From Vulcanimicrobiota bacterium (GTDB lineage Bacteria; Vulcanimicrobiota; Xenobia; Xenobiales; JADMJV01), in contig JBFWNU010000004.1 in the NCBI GenBank assembly GCA_050250895.1, positions 366,934 to 430,933 of the forward strand: a DNA stretch of 64,000 bases. The letters are read 5' to 3'. Below the pieces are notes generated by a model. The model was not told the DNA's origin. It saw nothing but the letters and a program-made list of their open reading frames with translations, and did not search any database. The position numbers and the translations under genes are program-made. Of this stretch, positions 37,272 through 46,619 are shown piece after piece. The first letter of the stretch is position 1. Each line of letters begins with the position of its first letter.

Positions 37272-38569
37272 CCAGTTTAAGCCGCGACACGGCCACTTCG
37301 ATCATCAACGCGCTGCGTTCGGGAACCGTCCCTTTTGACGGGCTCGAGCACTATGCGGTGGGCCTCGAGCGCCAGATGGAGGTGCTGCGCGAGCAGCGCG
37401 AGTACGTGGCCGGTGGTCACTCGGCCTATAAGTGCATTCGGGGCGCTTACGGGTCGGGCAAGACCTTTCTCTCGAGCCTGGCCGCGGCCGAAGCTGCCGA
37501 CGCCAAGTTTCTGACCAGTAAAGTGGTCATCTCGGCCGCCGATACGCCGCTCCATAAGCTCAAAGAAGTCTATCGCCGCTTCTGCCAGAACCTTTCTCTG
37601 GCCGACCGCCGAGGGGGCGCCCTGCAGACCCTGGTCGACCGCTGGCTCTATCGCCTCGAGGACCAGGTCATCGAGGTCGATGGAGTGGCTGAGGACGACC
37701 CCGACTTCGCCGAGGTGGTGGCCCGCAAGGTCGACATGAGCCTGGTGCGCATCGGAGAACGGGCGGGCCGCCTGGCCGTCACCCTCAAAGCCTATCACAA
37801 AGCCAAGTACGACAGTCGCTTCTCGGACGCACGGGGCTTGCTCGATTGGGTCTCGGGCGAACCCAAGGTGGGGGCCGACGTCAAGCGCCTGGCCTCGGTG
37901 ACCGGCCAGATCGACAACACCGACGCCCTGGTCTTTCTGCGCGGTTGGCTGGAACTGGCGGAGGCGGCCGGCTACGCCGGGGTGTTGCTGGTGCTCGACG
38001 AAGTCGAGACCATCCTGCGCCTGCGCCGGCCCGAGCGGCTCAAATCGCTCGAAGTGTTGCGCCAGTTGATCGACGCCGTCGAGAATCAAGAACTGCCGGG
38101 GTTGCACCTGCTGATCACCGGCACCCCCGACTTCTTCGAAAGTTCCCAGGGGGTCCCGTCGCTGGTGCCCCTGCACGAGCGCATCCGCCAGACCCACCGC
38201 GACGGCGAGCCCGAGAACTTTCGCCAACCCCAGATCACGTTGCCCACCCTCGACGCCGAGCGTCTGCGCCAGGTGGCCACGCGGGTGCGGGCCATCTATC
38301 CGGCCGAACATGGCGAGCGGTTGAGCAAGCGAGTACCCGACAGCTATGTGTTGCAACTGGTGGACCAGATGACGGCCGGCTTCGGTGGTCGCATCGAGGT
38401 GTTGCCGCGCTTGTTCCTGCGCGAATTCGTGCACATCCTCGACCTGGTCGACCAGCACTCAGACTACGATCCGGCTCAAGCCTATCGCTTTGATGTGGCC
38501 GGACTGAGCGAACTCAGGCCCGAAGAGGAAGAGGCCATTCAAGCGGCCGGGCGCGAGGTTCTCATCTAG
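37265..38569 (+). CDS. brxD: BREX-type ATP-binding protein BrxD (DUF2791 P-loop ATPase)
   Basis: IINALRSGTVP..GL start, GAYGSGKT Walker A, LLVLDEVET Walker B, ITGTPDFF, and PRLFLREFV..LDLVDQ at the end. The ATG at 37265 follows GGGAGA and overlaps the upstream stop. Confidence 0.85.
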   Translation: MLASLSRDTATSIINALRSGTVPFDGLEHYAVGLERQMEVLREQREYVAGGHSAYKCIRGAYGSGKTFLSSLAAAEAADAKFLTSKVVISAADTPLHKLKEVYRRFCQNLSLADRRGGALQTLVDRWLYRLEDQVIEVDGVAEDDPDFAEVVARKVDMSLVRIGERAGRLAVTLKAYHKAKYDSRFSDARGLLDWVSGEPKVGADVKRLASVTGQIDNTDALVFLRGWLELAEAAGYAGVLLVLDEVETILRLRRPERLKSLEVLRQLIDAVENQELPGLHLLITGTPDFFESSQGVPSLVPLHERIRQTHRDGEPENFRQPQITLPTLDAERLRQVATRVRAIYPAEHGERLSKRVPDSYVLQLVDQMTAGFGGRIEVLPRLFLREFVHILDLVDQHSDYDPAQAYRFDVAGLSELRPEEEEAIQAAGREVLI

Positions 38570-38581
38570 TCCGCGCTGCAG

Positions 38582-40531
38582 TTAGAACTGCTGCCAGAGC
38601 AGCACGCGGCTCTTCTCGGCCGGGTCGAAGACCTGATTGAGGTCGAGATTGATCAAGTAGAACTCTTTGCCGTTCTTGATGGTGGGCTTGAGCAGCGAGT
38701 CGAGATAGGCTTCGACCTTCATGTCATCGACCTTGACGGCCGGCTGAAAAGTGTGAGTCGAACTCGAAGAGGTCTTGGTGGTCTTGGACGAGAGCCCGAA
38801 CCAGGAACTCTCCTTCTTCTTGTATTCGGTGGTTACCGTGTATTCCACCGGCGCGCCGGCCGAGGCCTGGGCCACTGCGGCCCAGTTGGCAACTTCGGCC
38901 AGCACCGTCTCGCGAGAAACGTTATTGCCGCGATAATAGTTGACATAGACCGTCTTGTCTTCAATAGTGAAGGGGTACTTGTCGAGCTGGAAATTGGCCG
39001 CATCTTCAACTGGGATGGCCGAGGCATCGGTATACATGTTGCCTCGCGAGAAAGCGCCTTGAATAGCCACCGAGAAGCGCTCTTCACCGGTCTCGGTGGC
39101 GGGCATTCGATGGCCTGACACCGCCAGCCCGGCCACCACCGAGTCGGCCAGCTTGGCCTTGTCGGCGGCGCTGATGATGTTGGTGGTGGTGGTGTCTTTA
39201 TCGCCCCAGCCGAGGAACCGGTCGTCGTCTTCATCCTCTTTGCTGGTGGTATCGGGCAGCGTGCTCTTGGTGACATCGGGCACGCCGACCGCAAAACTCA
39301 CCGAGATGGGCGTCTTGACCAGGGTGACGTTGTCGAGGCGCAACTTTCCTTTCCCTTTGGGGCCGTTGGCCACGGCCGCTCCCACCACCGTGATGTCCTT
39401 GGCCCACAGGTCGCCTTCGGAATAGACCAGTCCGTTAAAGAAGTTGCCACTCTTGCTCAGGCCGTGAAGGGTGATATCGCCTTTGGAGACCAGCGCCACC
39501 ACATCGGTGGCCGAAATCTCGGCGCCCTCTTTGATCGACACTTCACCGAGCGAGAAAATCGCGCCGTTGCCGTAGACCTTGCCGGTCACGTCGACATCGC
39601 CCCGCACATACAGCAGGCCACCGTTGAGGTGAATGTTGCCATTGACCCTGAGGTCGCCCAGGGCCTCGGTGAAGAAGTCGACCTCTAAATTGGTAAGGGT
39701 CGGCGACCCATCGAGGATCTGATCGTTGCCTTTGATCTCGTCAAGCTTGGCAAAGATGTTGTCCACATCCAGGTCGGGCATGGTCTGCTCACCCGAGTGC
39801 TCGCGCACCTCGCCGGCCACTTTGACCGAGGTATCGAGGTCGATGCTTCCTACTGCCATGACGTCGCCCATCACGGTCGAGGTTGGCCCGATAGAAACGG
39901 CCTTGTCCCCGGCAAAGTTACTGGCCACATGGGCCATATCCAAATCCGCCGGGTCGAGGGTGGTGGCTTTGCCGGTGTCGGCAAAAGCCTGGGTAGAAGC
40001 CACTCCTGCAACCAGCAGCCCGCCCGACGAGGTCAGGGGTCCGGTCGAAGCCAGAGCGTTGGGATAAGGAGGGATGTAGTAAATGGCTTCCATCTGGTAG
40101 CGGGCGTTCTTGCACTTGCCCACGGCCACCAGGTGCACGGCGCTGTCGGGAATCTGCCGGCCGTTGGCCCCCTCGACCGAGGTCGGCTCTTCGAAATTAT
40201 TGGTCGAGAAGGGCAACTTCAGATCGGAGGCCTGCTTCTTGCTGAAGGTCAGCCAACCATCGGCCTCGTCAGGAGCGAAGCTGGATGGGATGTGAATGGT
40301 CTGGTCATCAGCCCGGGCCTTGCCGAACGTCTGGTCCATCCAGATGCGTCCCAGCGCCGTGGCCACCGCCGACTCGGCCAGATTGCGGGCTTCGCGCTGG
40401 TCCACCACCGTGTTGCTGAAATTGAGGTGGAAGAAGGAAACGGCCACCACGGTAAACAGCGCCAGGGTAATGATGGTAACCAGCAGTAGAACAGAACCGA
40501 TTGTGAGACCGCGTGCTCCCCTGCGAACCAT
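38582..40531 (-). CDS. PilX-like minor pilin/pseudopilin with a large C-terminal domain
   Basis: Basic leader and G|L prepilin-like site (RRGARG|LTIGSVLLL), a hydrophobic helix and ARNLAES, followed by Gly-rich beta-solenoid-like repeats. Confidence 0.65.
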   Translation of the reverse strand: MVRRGARGLTIGSVLLLVTIITLALFTVVAVSFFHLNFSNTVVDQREARNLAESAVATALGRIWMDQTFGKARADDQTIHIPSSFAPDEADGWLTFSKKQASDLKLPFSTNNFEEPTSVEGANGRQIPDSAVHLVAVGKCKNARYQMEAIYYIPPYPNALASTGPLTSSGGLLVAGVASTQAFADTGKATTLDPADLDMAHVASNFAGDKAVSIGPTSTVMGDVMAVGSIDLDTSVKVAGEVREHSGEQTMPDLDVDNIFAKLDEIKGNDQILDGSPTLTNLEVDFFTEALGDLRVNGNIHLNGGLLYVRGDVDVTGKVYGNGAIFSLGEVSIKEGAEISATDVVALVSKGDITLHGLSKSGNFFNGLVYSEGDLWAKDITVVGAAVANGPKGKGKLRLDNVTLVKTPISVSFAVGVPDVTKSTLPDTTSKEDEDDDRFLGWGDKDTTTTNIISAADKAKLADSVVAGLAVSGHRMPATETGEERFSVAIQGAFSRGNMYTDASAIPVEDAANFQLDKYPFTIEDKTVYVNYYRGNNVSRETVLAEVANWAAVAQASAGAPVEYTVTTEYKKKESSWFGLSSKTTKTSSSSTHTFQPAVKVDDMKVEAYLDSLLKPTIKNGKEFYLINLDLNQVFDPAEKSRVLLWQQF

Positions 40532-40677
40532 ACACCAAAGTATATCACGATCGACCAGCGCTGGACCAGTTCATCTAAAATTAACATCCCCCAACACTTT
40601 TCCAAGGGATGCTCCGGAGGCACCCGGTAGACTGAAACCATGGCAGGAGAGTTTGCGCTTATTGTGGGCGGCCGGCG

Positions 40678-41553
40678 ATGAATGCGGTCAGAACCCATCG
40701 CCCGACCGCCGGGCCCACTCTCCCGGCCGCGCGCCCGCGCCCGGCCGGGCCTGCGCTCAGCGGCACCGCTGACACAGGGCTCAAGGCGCAGCGCCTCTCT
40801 GAGCTGCGCGACCAGAAACCGACCACCCCGGCGGGCCAGAACCCCACTCTCGCCAGCCAGGCCGAAAGGGCTAGGGCAGGCCTGGGCCAAGCCTTCGAGC
40901 TAAAGAAGCCGGTCACGCTCAAGAATGGAGTCACCGTGGTCAAAAGCGCCGACCTCAGCGACGGCTCGGGCCTATATGACCTGAATGTGGGCGGCCACAA
41001 AGTGGGGGTCCGTTTCGACCAGGGAATCGACGCAGGCACAAAGCTGCCGCAATTGGCCGACTACCTCGAGCAGACACCCGAACACTTGCGCAAAGAGCTT
41101 GGTTTTATCAACTTTCAGAACGGGGCCAATCCCAAGGACGCTGAAATCGCCAAGAAGTTTGGAGTCGAAGAGTTTCAGACCTGGGCTACCGCCGATGACC
41201 ACGCCATCAACGTCTACCACGGCGGAAAATTCTTCGGTCAACGCGAGTTCGACCACGAGCTGGGCCATCTGGTGGGCGCCCGTCGCAGCGGCCACGACGA
41301 ACTGGTCGACTGGGTCAATCTGCGCCACGACCCCCACAACACACCGGTTGGTTGGGGGGCCCGCAAAGCCTACGACCATAAAGAGGTTTCTGACTACGGA
41401 AAGCTGTCGCTCGGCGAGGACTTCGCCGAGGGCTATGCCGACTACATGCAGGCTCGCCGTCAGGGCCCCGAAGCCTGGCAGGCGTTCGGACAGAAGTTTC
41501 CCAGCCGGACGGCCCTGCTCGAGCGCATCGTGACCAACGGAGACACCCGCTGA
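40678..41553 (+). CDS. Zincin-type metalloprotease-like protein
   Basis: DHELGH (HExxH) and downstream SDYG...EDFAE, as in lethal-factor/Pro-Pro endopeptidase-like domains; Pro/Ala-rich N-terminus. Confidence 0.7.
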   Translation: MNAVRTHRPTAGPTLPAARPRPAGPALSGTADTGLKAQRLSELRDQKPTTPAGQNPTLASQAERARAGLGQAFELKKPVTLKNGVTVVKSADLSDGSGLYDLNVGGHKVGVRFDQGIDAGTKLPQLADYLEQTPEHLRKELGFINFQNGANPKDAEIAKKFGVEEFQTWATADDHAINVYHGGKFFGQREFDHELGHLVGARRSGHDELVDWVNLRHDPHNTPVGWGARKAYDHKEVSDYGKLSLGEDFAEGYADYMQARRQGPEAWQAFGQKFPSRTALLERIVTNGDTR

Positions 41554-41595
41554 CACTCCGCCAAGACAGGGTTTGCCCAGGCCTGGCAGAAATCC

Positions 41596-42558
41596 GTGGC
41601 GATGGCCGACTTCATTGCCCTGGGGACCGAGAAGTGGGACCGGGCCGCCGCTCGGGCCTATCGACTCGAGCGCTTTCTTTATCGCAACCAGGACCTCGAA
41701 CTCAGGCTGCTCAGGTCGGGGCGGGGCCAGCCCTGGGTGAGCAATCCCTACGGCTATGTCGGGGGCCTGGACCGAGCCCGGCCTGAACTCACCCAGGAGC
41801 TGCCTCAGGTGTTGGCCAGGCTGCTGCAGGAAAGCCAAGCCCCCTATGCGCTGTTGCGCACTCTCGAGCCGTTAGGAGGCGAGGTGGCCGAGAAGTTTCA
41901 GGTCGACACCCGCTTTCACACCTTCTTTCTTGACCTCGAGGGTGGCTCTGAGGTGGTCTGGAACACGCGTCTGGCCTCGAAGGTGCGCCGCCAAACGCGC
42001 CGCGGCCTCCGTCAGGGGGTAGTGGCCCGCCTCGGCCAGCTCGACCTTTTCCCAGACTTCTTGCGGGTACTGAGCCAGTGCTGGAGAGACCTGGGTACTC
42101 CCTTTCACACCCCCGCGTTCTTCAAAGCGCTGCTGGCCAACTATGGCCCGGCCGATTCGGCCATCCTGAACCTCTACCAGGGCGAAGAGCCAGTGGCCAC
42201 CGCCCTGCTGGTCATCGCGGGCGATACGCTGTTTTTTCCCTACACCGGCACCCTCAAAGAGGCTCAGCGAAACGGAGTCAACAACGTGCTCTACTGGCGC
42301 ATCATCGAGTTTGGCTGCGCGCGGGGCTGCCGCTGGTGGGATCTGGGGCGCAGCCGCAAAGACTCGAGCCACGCCATCTATAAGCGACCATGGGGGGTCC
42401 AGGAGCGGCCGCTCTACTACAACTATCTGATGGCCCCGGGCGCCGCCATCCAAAACCTGGAAAGCCGCCTGGTGAAGCTAGCCGTCGAGACCTGGAAGCA
42501 TTTGCCGGTAGGCCTGCATCGGGCCCTCGGTCCCCGGCTGATCCGGAGGGTGTTATGA
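41596..42558 (+). CDS. FemAB-like GNAT-fold protein
   Basis: SNPYGYVGG, RDLGTP, NNVLYW and WDLGRS...YKRPWG motifs. Confidence 0.85.
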   Translation: MAMADFIALGTEKWDRAAARAYRLERFLYRNQDLELRLLRSGRGQPWVSNPYGYVGGLDRARPELTQELPQVLARLLQESQAPYALLRTLEPLGGEVAEKFQVDTRFHTFFLDLEGGSEVVWNTRLASKVRRQTRRGLRQGVVARLGQLDLFPDFLRVLSQCWRDLGTPFHTPAFFKALLANYGPADSAILNLYQGEEPVATALLVIAGDTLFFPYTGTLKEAQRNGVNNVLYWRIIEFGCARGCRWWDLGRSRKDSSHAIYKRPWGVQERPLYYNYLMAPGAAIQNLESRLVKLAVETWKHLPVGLHRALGPRLIRRVL

Positions 42559-43145
42559 GCTTCACCCAGGCCGATTCGACCACCGATCGGGCCATCCTCG
42601 AGCAGGTAGTCCAACTGCACCTGGCCACCCTGGGCGACCTCTTTCTCAGCCAGCTGGGTTCTTATTTCGTCGACCGTTACTACGACGAACTGCGCCACGA
42701 CGGCGGCTCGCTGCTGGGCCTTTGGATGGACGGTCCGCAAGTGGTGGGTCTGGCCGCTGGCGGCCTGGCTCCCGGTCAGGTCTTTTCGCGGCTGGGTTGG
42801 CGTCGTCTGGAGTTTAGCCTGCAGATGCTACGTGCGCTGGCCAGAAGGCCTCGCCTGCTCGGCCAATTGCTGGCCTCGCTGGGCGGCGTAGAAGACTTAC
42901 CCTCGAGCCAGGTCGAACTGACCTATTTCGCGGTGGCTCCGGCCCGCCAGGGCCAGGGTCTCGGTAAACAGCTGCTCGAGGCTTATGCTCAATGGTGGAC
43001 CGCGCGAGGCATGACGGGGCTTTCTCTGAGCGTTGAAGAAGAGAACCAGGGCGCCTTGCGATTCTACTCTCGTCAGGGCTTCCAAAAACTCGGGGCTCAA
43101 AAGCACGGAGCCTATCAGCGTTATCTACTGAGAAAACCGTTGTGA
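42555..43145 (+). CDS. GNAT acetyltransferase
   Basis: AVAPARQGQGLG acetyl-CoA motif and NQGALRFYSRQGF; ATGA overlap with the upstream gene. Confidence 0.85.
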   Translation: MSFTQADSTTDRAILEQVVQLHLATLGDLFLSQLGSYFVDRYYDELRHDGGSLLGLWMDGPQVVGLAAGGLAPGQVFSRLGWRRLEFSLQMLRALARRPRLLGQLLASLGGVEDLPSSQVELTYFAVAPARQGQGLGKQLLEAYAQWWTARGMTGLSLSVEEENQGALRFYSRQGFQKLGAQKHGAYQRYLLRKPL

Positions 43146-43954
43146 GATTTCACGCCGACGACCTGGGCGCCAGCCCCGCCATCACTCGGGCCGTGCTCGA
43201 CTGTTACACGGCCGGGGCGATTTCGAGCTGCAGCGTGCTGATCAATCGCCAACCCTTCGAGCAGCTGGTCGAGGCTTTGCAGCCCCACCCCGGCCTTGGC
43301 CTCAGGCTGCACCTCAATCTGAGCGAAGGCTATGCTCTGACGGAAGCTCCCCGGCTGTGCCGGCCCGACGGCAGCTTTCGTCACTCCTTCCAGAGTCTCG
43401 CCCTGGACTATCTCTTCTCGCCTCAAAGGGCTGAACTCCGGCGCCAGTTGCAGGCTGAACTCGAGGCCCAGTGCCACCGCTACGGCCAGCTGCTGGCAGC
43501 CCTGGGCCGCAGCGCCGAAGTGGGCCTCGACAGTCACGAGCACTTCCACTTTCTGCCCTTTGTCTTTGAAGCCGTGTCCCAACTGGCTGGGCAGTTTGCG
43601 GTGGTGTCGCTGCGCCTGCCTCCCAGGACCGTCTTCCTCAGTCACTTCACTCCGGCCTCGCCGGTGCCGCTGCTCAAAGCGCTGGTGCTGACCGGTCTCG
43701 GCAGGTGGCTGCACTCGCGCTGGCCGTATCAGGCACCTCGGTTGCTGGTCACGGGCACCGTCGATCCCTTCCGACTCGATATCGACCAGGCCGGCGAGGT
43801 GATTTTTCACCCCGGGCAACTGGCCCCCGACGAATCGGGACCTCCTCAGCCGCGATTGGCCAGGGCCTATCGGGCCGAGCATCGCAAGCTCGAGCACGAA
43901 GCTCTGCTTCGCTTCACAGCTGGTCGCGCAGCACGTAACGGGGCCGGGCTTTGA
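43142..43954 (+). CDS. YdjC/ChbG/HpnK-family carbohydrate deacetylase
   Basis: HADDLG, LHLNL, LDSHEHFH and FHPG motifs. Confidence 0.85.
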   Translation: MRFHADDLGASPAITRAVLDCYTAGAISSCSVLINRQPFEQLVEALQPHPGLGLRLHLNLSEGYALTEAPRLCRPDGSFRHSFQSLALDYLFSPQRAELRRQLQAELEAQCHRYGQLLAALGRSAEVGLDSHEHFHFLPFVFEAVSQLAGQFAVVSLRLPPRTVFLSHFTPASPVPLLKALVLTGLGRWLHSRWPYQAPRLLVTGTVDPFRLDIDQAGEVIFHPGQLAPDESGPPQPRLARAYRAEHRKLEHEALLRFTAGRAARNGAGL

Positions 43955-44831
43955 CCTCTTCGTGGATCCGGCCCACGTAGAGACCGAGAATGGACAGGCC
44001 CAGAAAGTTGAGCCCGCCCGACGAGAGAATCAGAAAGTTGATGGTCGATAGACCGTTGACCGCCTGTCCGGTGAACTTGAGATAAAGGGTCCAGCCGCCC
44101 ACCAGCGAGGCCGGAAAGAGCAGCAGCAATCCGGTCACCAGCAACATGGTGAGGGGAATCGACGAGAAAGCCGTGATGTTATTGATGGCATAGCGCATCA
44201 GCCCGAAGAACGACCACCGCGAGTCGCGACCGGGGATGTCGCGCACCATGAACTGCACCCGAGCCCGGTCGAACCCGAGCCAGTTGGTCACGCCTCGAAA
44301 AAACATATTGCGCTCGGGTAGCCTCAACCAGGCATCGCGGGCTCGGGCGCTGAGCAGCTTGAAGTCGGTCTGCCCCTCGAGATCGGTGCCACACATCAGG
44401 TTGAACACCTTGTAGAAGAGCCTGGCTCGGGTGCGGCTGAAGTAGCCCTCGTTAGGAGAGCGCATCTTGATGCCCTCGACGAGATCGCAGGCTTGCTCTT
44501 GCCAGGTCCTGACCATCTCGGGAATGAGCTCGGGGGGATGCTGCAAATCGCCGTCGATCGTCACGAAGGCCTCGCCTTCGGCGAACTCGAGGCCGGCACA
44601 CAAAGCCGCCTCCTTGCCAAAGTTGCGACTCAGTCGCAAGGCCCGCAAAGGGTATTTCTCTTGGAGCTCGGTTAGAGCCGCCCAGGTCCCATCGGTTGAT
44701 CCGTCATCCACCACCAGACACTGGTAATCGAGGTCTTTGAGGTGGATGTCGAGCTGCTCGAGCAGGGCCGGCAGCCCACTGGCCTCGTTATAGATCGGGA
44801 CAATCACGCACAGAGTCGGCACAGAGCTCAT
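43914..44831 (-). CDS. GT2 polyprenol-phosphate glycosyltransferase (GtrB/ArnC-like)
   Basis: VPIYNE, VDDGSTD, LSRNFGKEAA and IDGDLQHPP; two C-terminal TM helices and RPRY. Confidence 0.92.
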   Translation of the reverse strand: MSSVPTLCVIVPIYNEASGLPALLEQLDIHLKDLDYQCLVVDDGSTDGTWAALTELQEKYPLRALRLSRNFGKEAALCAGLEFAEGEAFVTIDGDLQHPPELIPEMVRTWQEQACDLVEGIKMRSPNEGYFSRTRARLFYKVFNLMCGTDLEGQTDFKLLSARARDAWLRLPERNMFFRGVTNWLGFDRARVQFMVRDIPGRDSRWSFFGLMRYAINNITAFSSIPLTMLLVTGLLLLFPASLVGGWTLYLKFTGQAVNGLSTINFLILSSGGLNFLGLSILGLYVGRIHEEVKARPRYVLRDQL

Positions 44832-44921
44832 CGTTCAAGGTTCGAATTCGCCCACATAGCCCCTGCGCTCGAGCGCTGCTTTGTCGGCAGGAACTGCTTG
44901 CAGCGACAGGAACCGGTTGCG

Positions 44922-46619
44922 ATGACCAGGGTTCGACCGCTACCGGTGATTCTTTGCGCCTTCATGCTGGTCACGTTCCCTCTGCGTCTGCGCGAACACG
45001 ATACCTTTCAAGTCGAGTTCGATCAGGCCAACATCCAGCAATATCTGTGGCTGATGGCCCACGGCCAACGACCCTATGGCACGCTGGCCGAGAGTCACGC
45101 CTTCGGCGATCACTTCGACCCCGTCCTCTATCTCTTCTGCCTGCCCTTCCGCTGGCTCCCCAGCTTCGAACTCTATCTGCTGATGCACCTGGGCCTCATG
45201 CTGGTCGGTGGAGTGGCCGTCTTTCGTCTGGCCCATCGCAAGCTCGAGTCAGAATGGCTGGCGGCCGCCTGCACCATGGCCTACATGTTCAATCCCCTTA
45301 CGTTGGGCGTGAGCCTCTATCCCCTACCCCATGTGGCCGTCGGGCTGGCAGCCTTCCTGTGGGCTCTGGCCCTGGACTGCGACCCTCGTGCCCTGGCGGT
45401 AGGCCTGCTGGTGGCGGCGGCCAGTGTCGAAATGGCTCTACTTCCATTCCTGGGTCTGGCCCTTTACCTCCTCAGCCAGAAAGAGTACAAGAAAGGACTG
45501 GTGTTGGCCGCGGCCAGCCTGTTCTTGATGGTCCTGCTCACCCAGGTGGTCACCCCCACCTTCGGGGCCGTCGGGCAGCACGCCGGGCTGGACCGCCAAT
45601 TCGGTCGCTTCGACTATCTCAAGCAAGATGTGGCCGGGCTGCCGGGCCGGCTGGCCACTCATGCCGCCGCCTTTTGGAGCCTGGATCGAACCTTGCTGGC
45701 CCAGATGTTCTTGGCCACGGCCGGGCTTTTCGTGTTGGCCCTGCCGGCCTGCCTGGCCTTCTTGCCAGGGCTGATCATCAATCTGGCTGCCGACTTCTGG
45801 GGGATGCACAGCGTCTTTTTGCACTATCAGGCCATCGTGGTAGGCGGGCTCTACTTCGCGGCCATCTGCGGCCTCGAGCGTTTGGGCGACCAGCACCGGT
45901 CCAGGGCGGCGGTGTTCCTGCTGGTAGGCACAGCCGGGTCGCTTTTGTTGGGCAACCCGCTGGCCGGCCGGGTCGGGCAATCACCAGAACGCGTCGCTCA
46001 ACTCAGCACGGCCCTGGACCGGCTGCCTCCCCAGGCCTCGGTCCTGGCGCCGGCCTCCACCGTCTCGCACCTGGCCTTTCGCCCCCAGGTCTACAGCCTG
46101 CCCTCGCTGACCGAGACGCCATCCTGGCAGAGTTCGGCCGCCCACCAGGCACAGGTCGACTGGATCCTGCTCGATCTCGACGGGCTGGGCTTTCCCTGGC
46201 GCAAAGACATGCTCAACCTCAAGGCCCAACAGATTTTGCAAGACCCCGACTACGGTTTTCACTCAGCCATCGGGCGCCTGGTCCTGCTCGAACGGGGCAA
46301 CACCACCCCTTTACCCGAAGGCCTGGTCAAGGTGATCCCGACCTATTCGAGTCTGGAACTGGTGAACGCTTACCTGGCAGGGGGCTTCCCCGAACAGGCT
46401 CAGGCCGAACTCGACCGCCTGCTGGGCCAGGCCGAGTCGCCGGTCTTGTGCTACTGGCAGGGGCGCATCTTCCAGCAGCAGCGGGCGGTCGAGAAATCGA
46501 ACCAGTGGTTCGAACGGGCCCTCGAACAGGGTCCTTCCGACGACCTGCGCCAGGAGTTGCTGGCCCAGCTCGAGACCAACCGGCGGGGCTACGTTCCCCA
46601 GATCGCGCCGCGATACTAA
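44922..46619 (+). CDS. DUF2079-like membrane protein (putative GT-C) with a C-terminal TPR
   Basis: FDQANIQQ...HG...GDHFDP, multiple TM helices, FLHY and HLAFR; TPR-like tail. Confidence 0.7.
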   Translation: MTRVRPLPVILCAFMLVTFPLRLREHDTFQVEFDQANIQQYLWLMAHGQRPYGTLAESHAFGDHFDPVLYLFCLPFRWLPSFELYLLMHLGLMLVGGVAVFRLAHRKLESEWLAAACTMAYMFNPLTLGVSLYPLPHVAVGLAAFLWALALDCDPRALAVGLLVAAASVEMALLPFLGLALYLLSQKEYKKGLVLAAASLFLMVLLTQVVTPTFGAVGQHAGLDRQFGRFDYLKQDVAGLPGRLATHAAAFWSLDRTLLAQMFLATAGLFVLALPACLAFLPGLIINLAADFWGMHSVFLHYQAIVVGGLYFAAICGLERLGDQHRSRAAVFLLVGTAGSLLLGNPLAGRVGQSPERVAQLSTALDRLPPQASVLAPASTVSHLAFRPQVYSLPSLTETPSWQSSAAHQAQVDWILLDLDGLGFPWRKDMLNLKAQQILQDPDYGFHSAIGRLVLLERGNTTPLPEGLVKVIPTYSSLELVNAYLAGGFPEQAQAELDRLLGQAESPVLCYWQGRIFQQQRAVEKSNQWFERALEQGPSDDLRQELLAQLETNRRGYVPQIAPRY

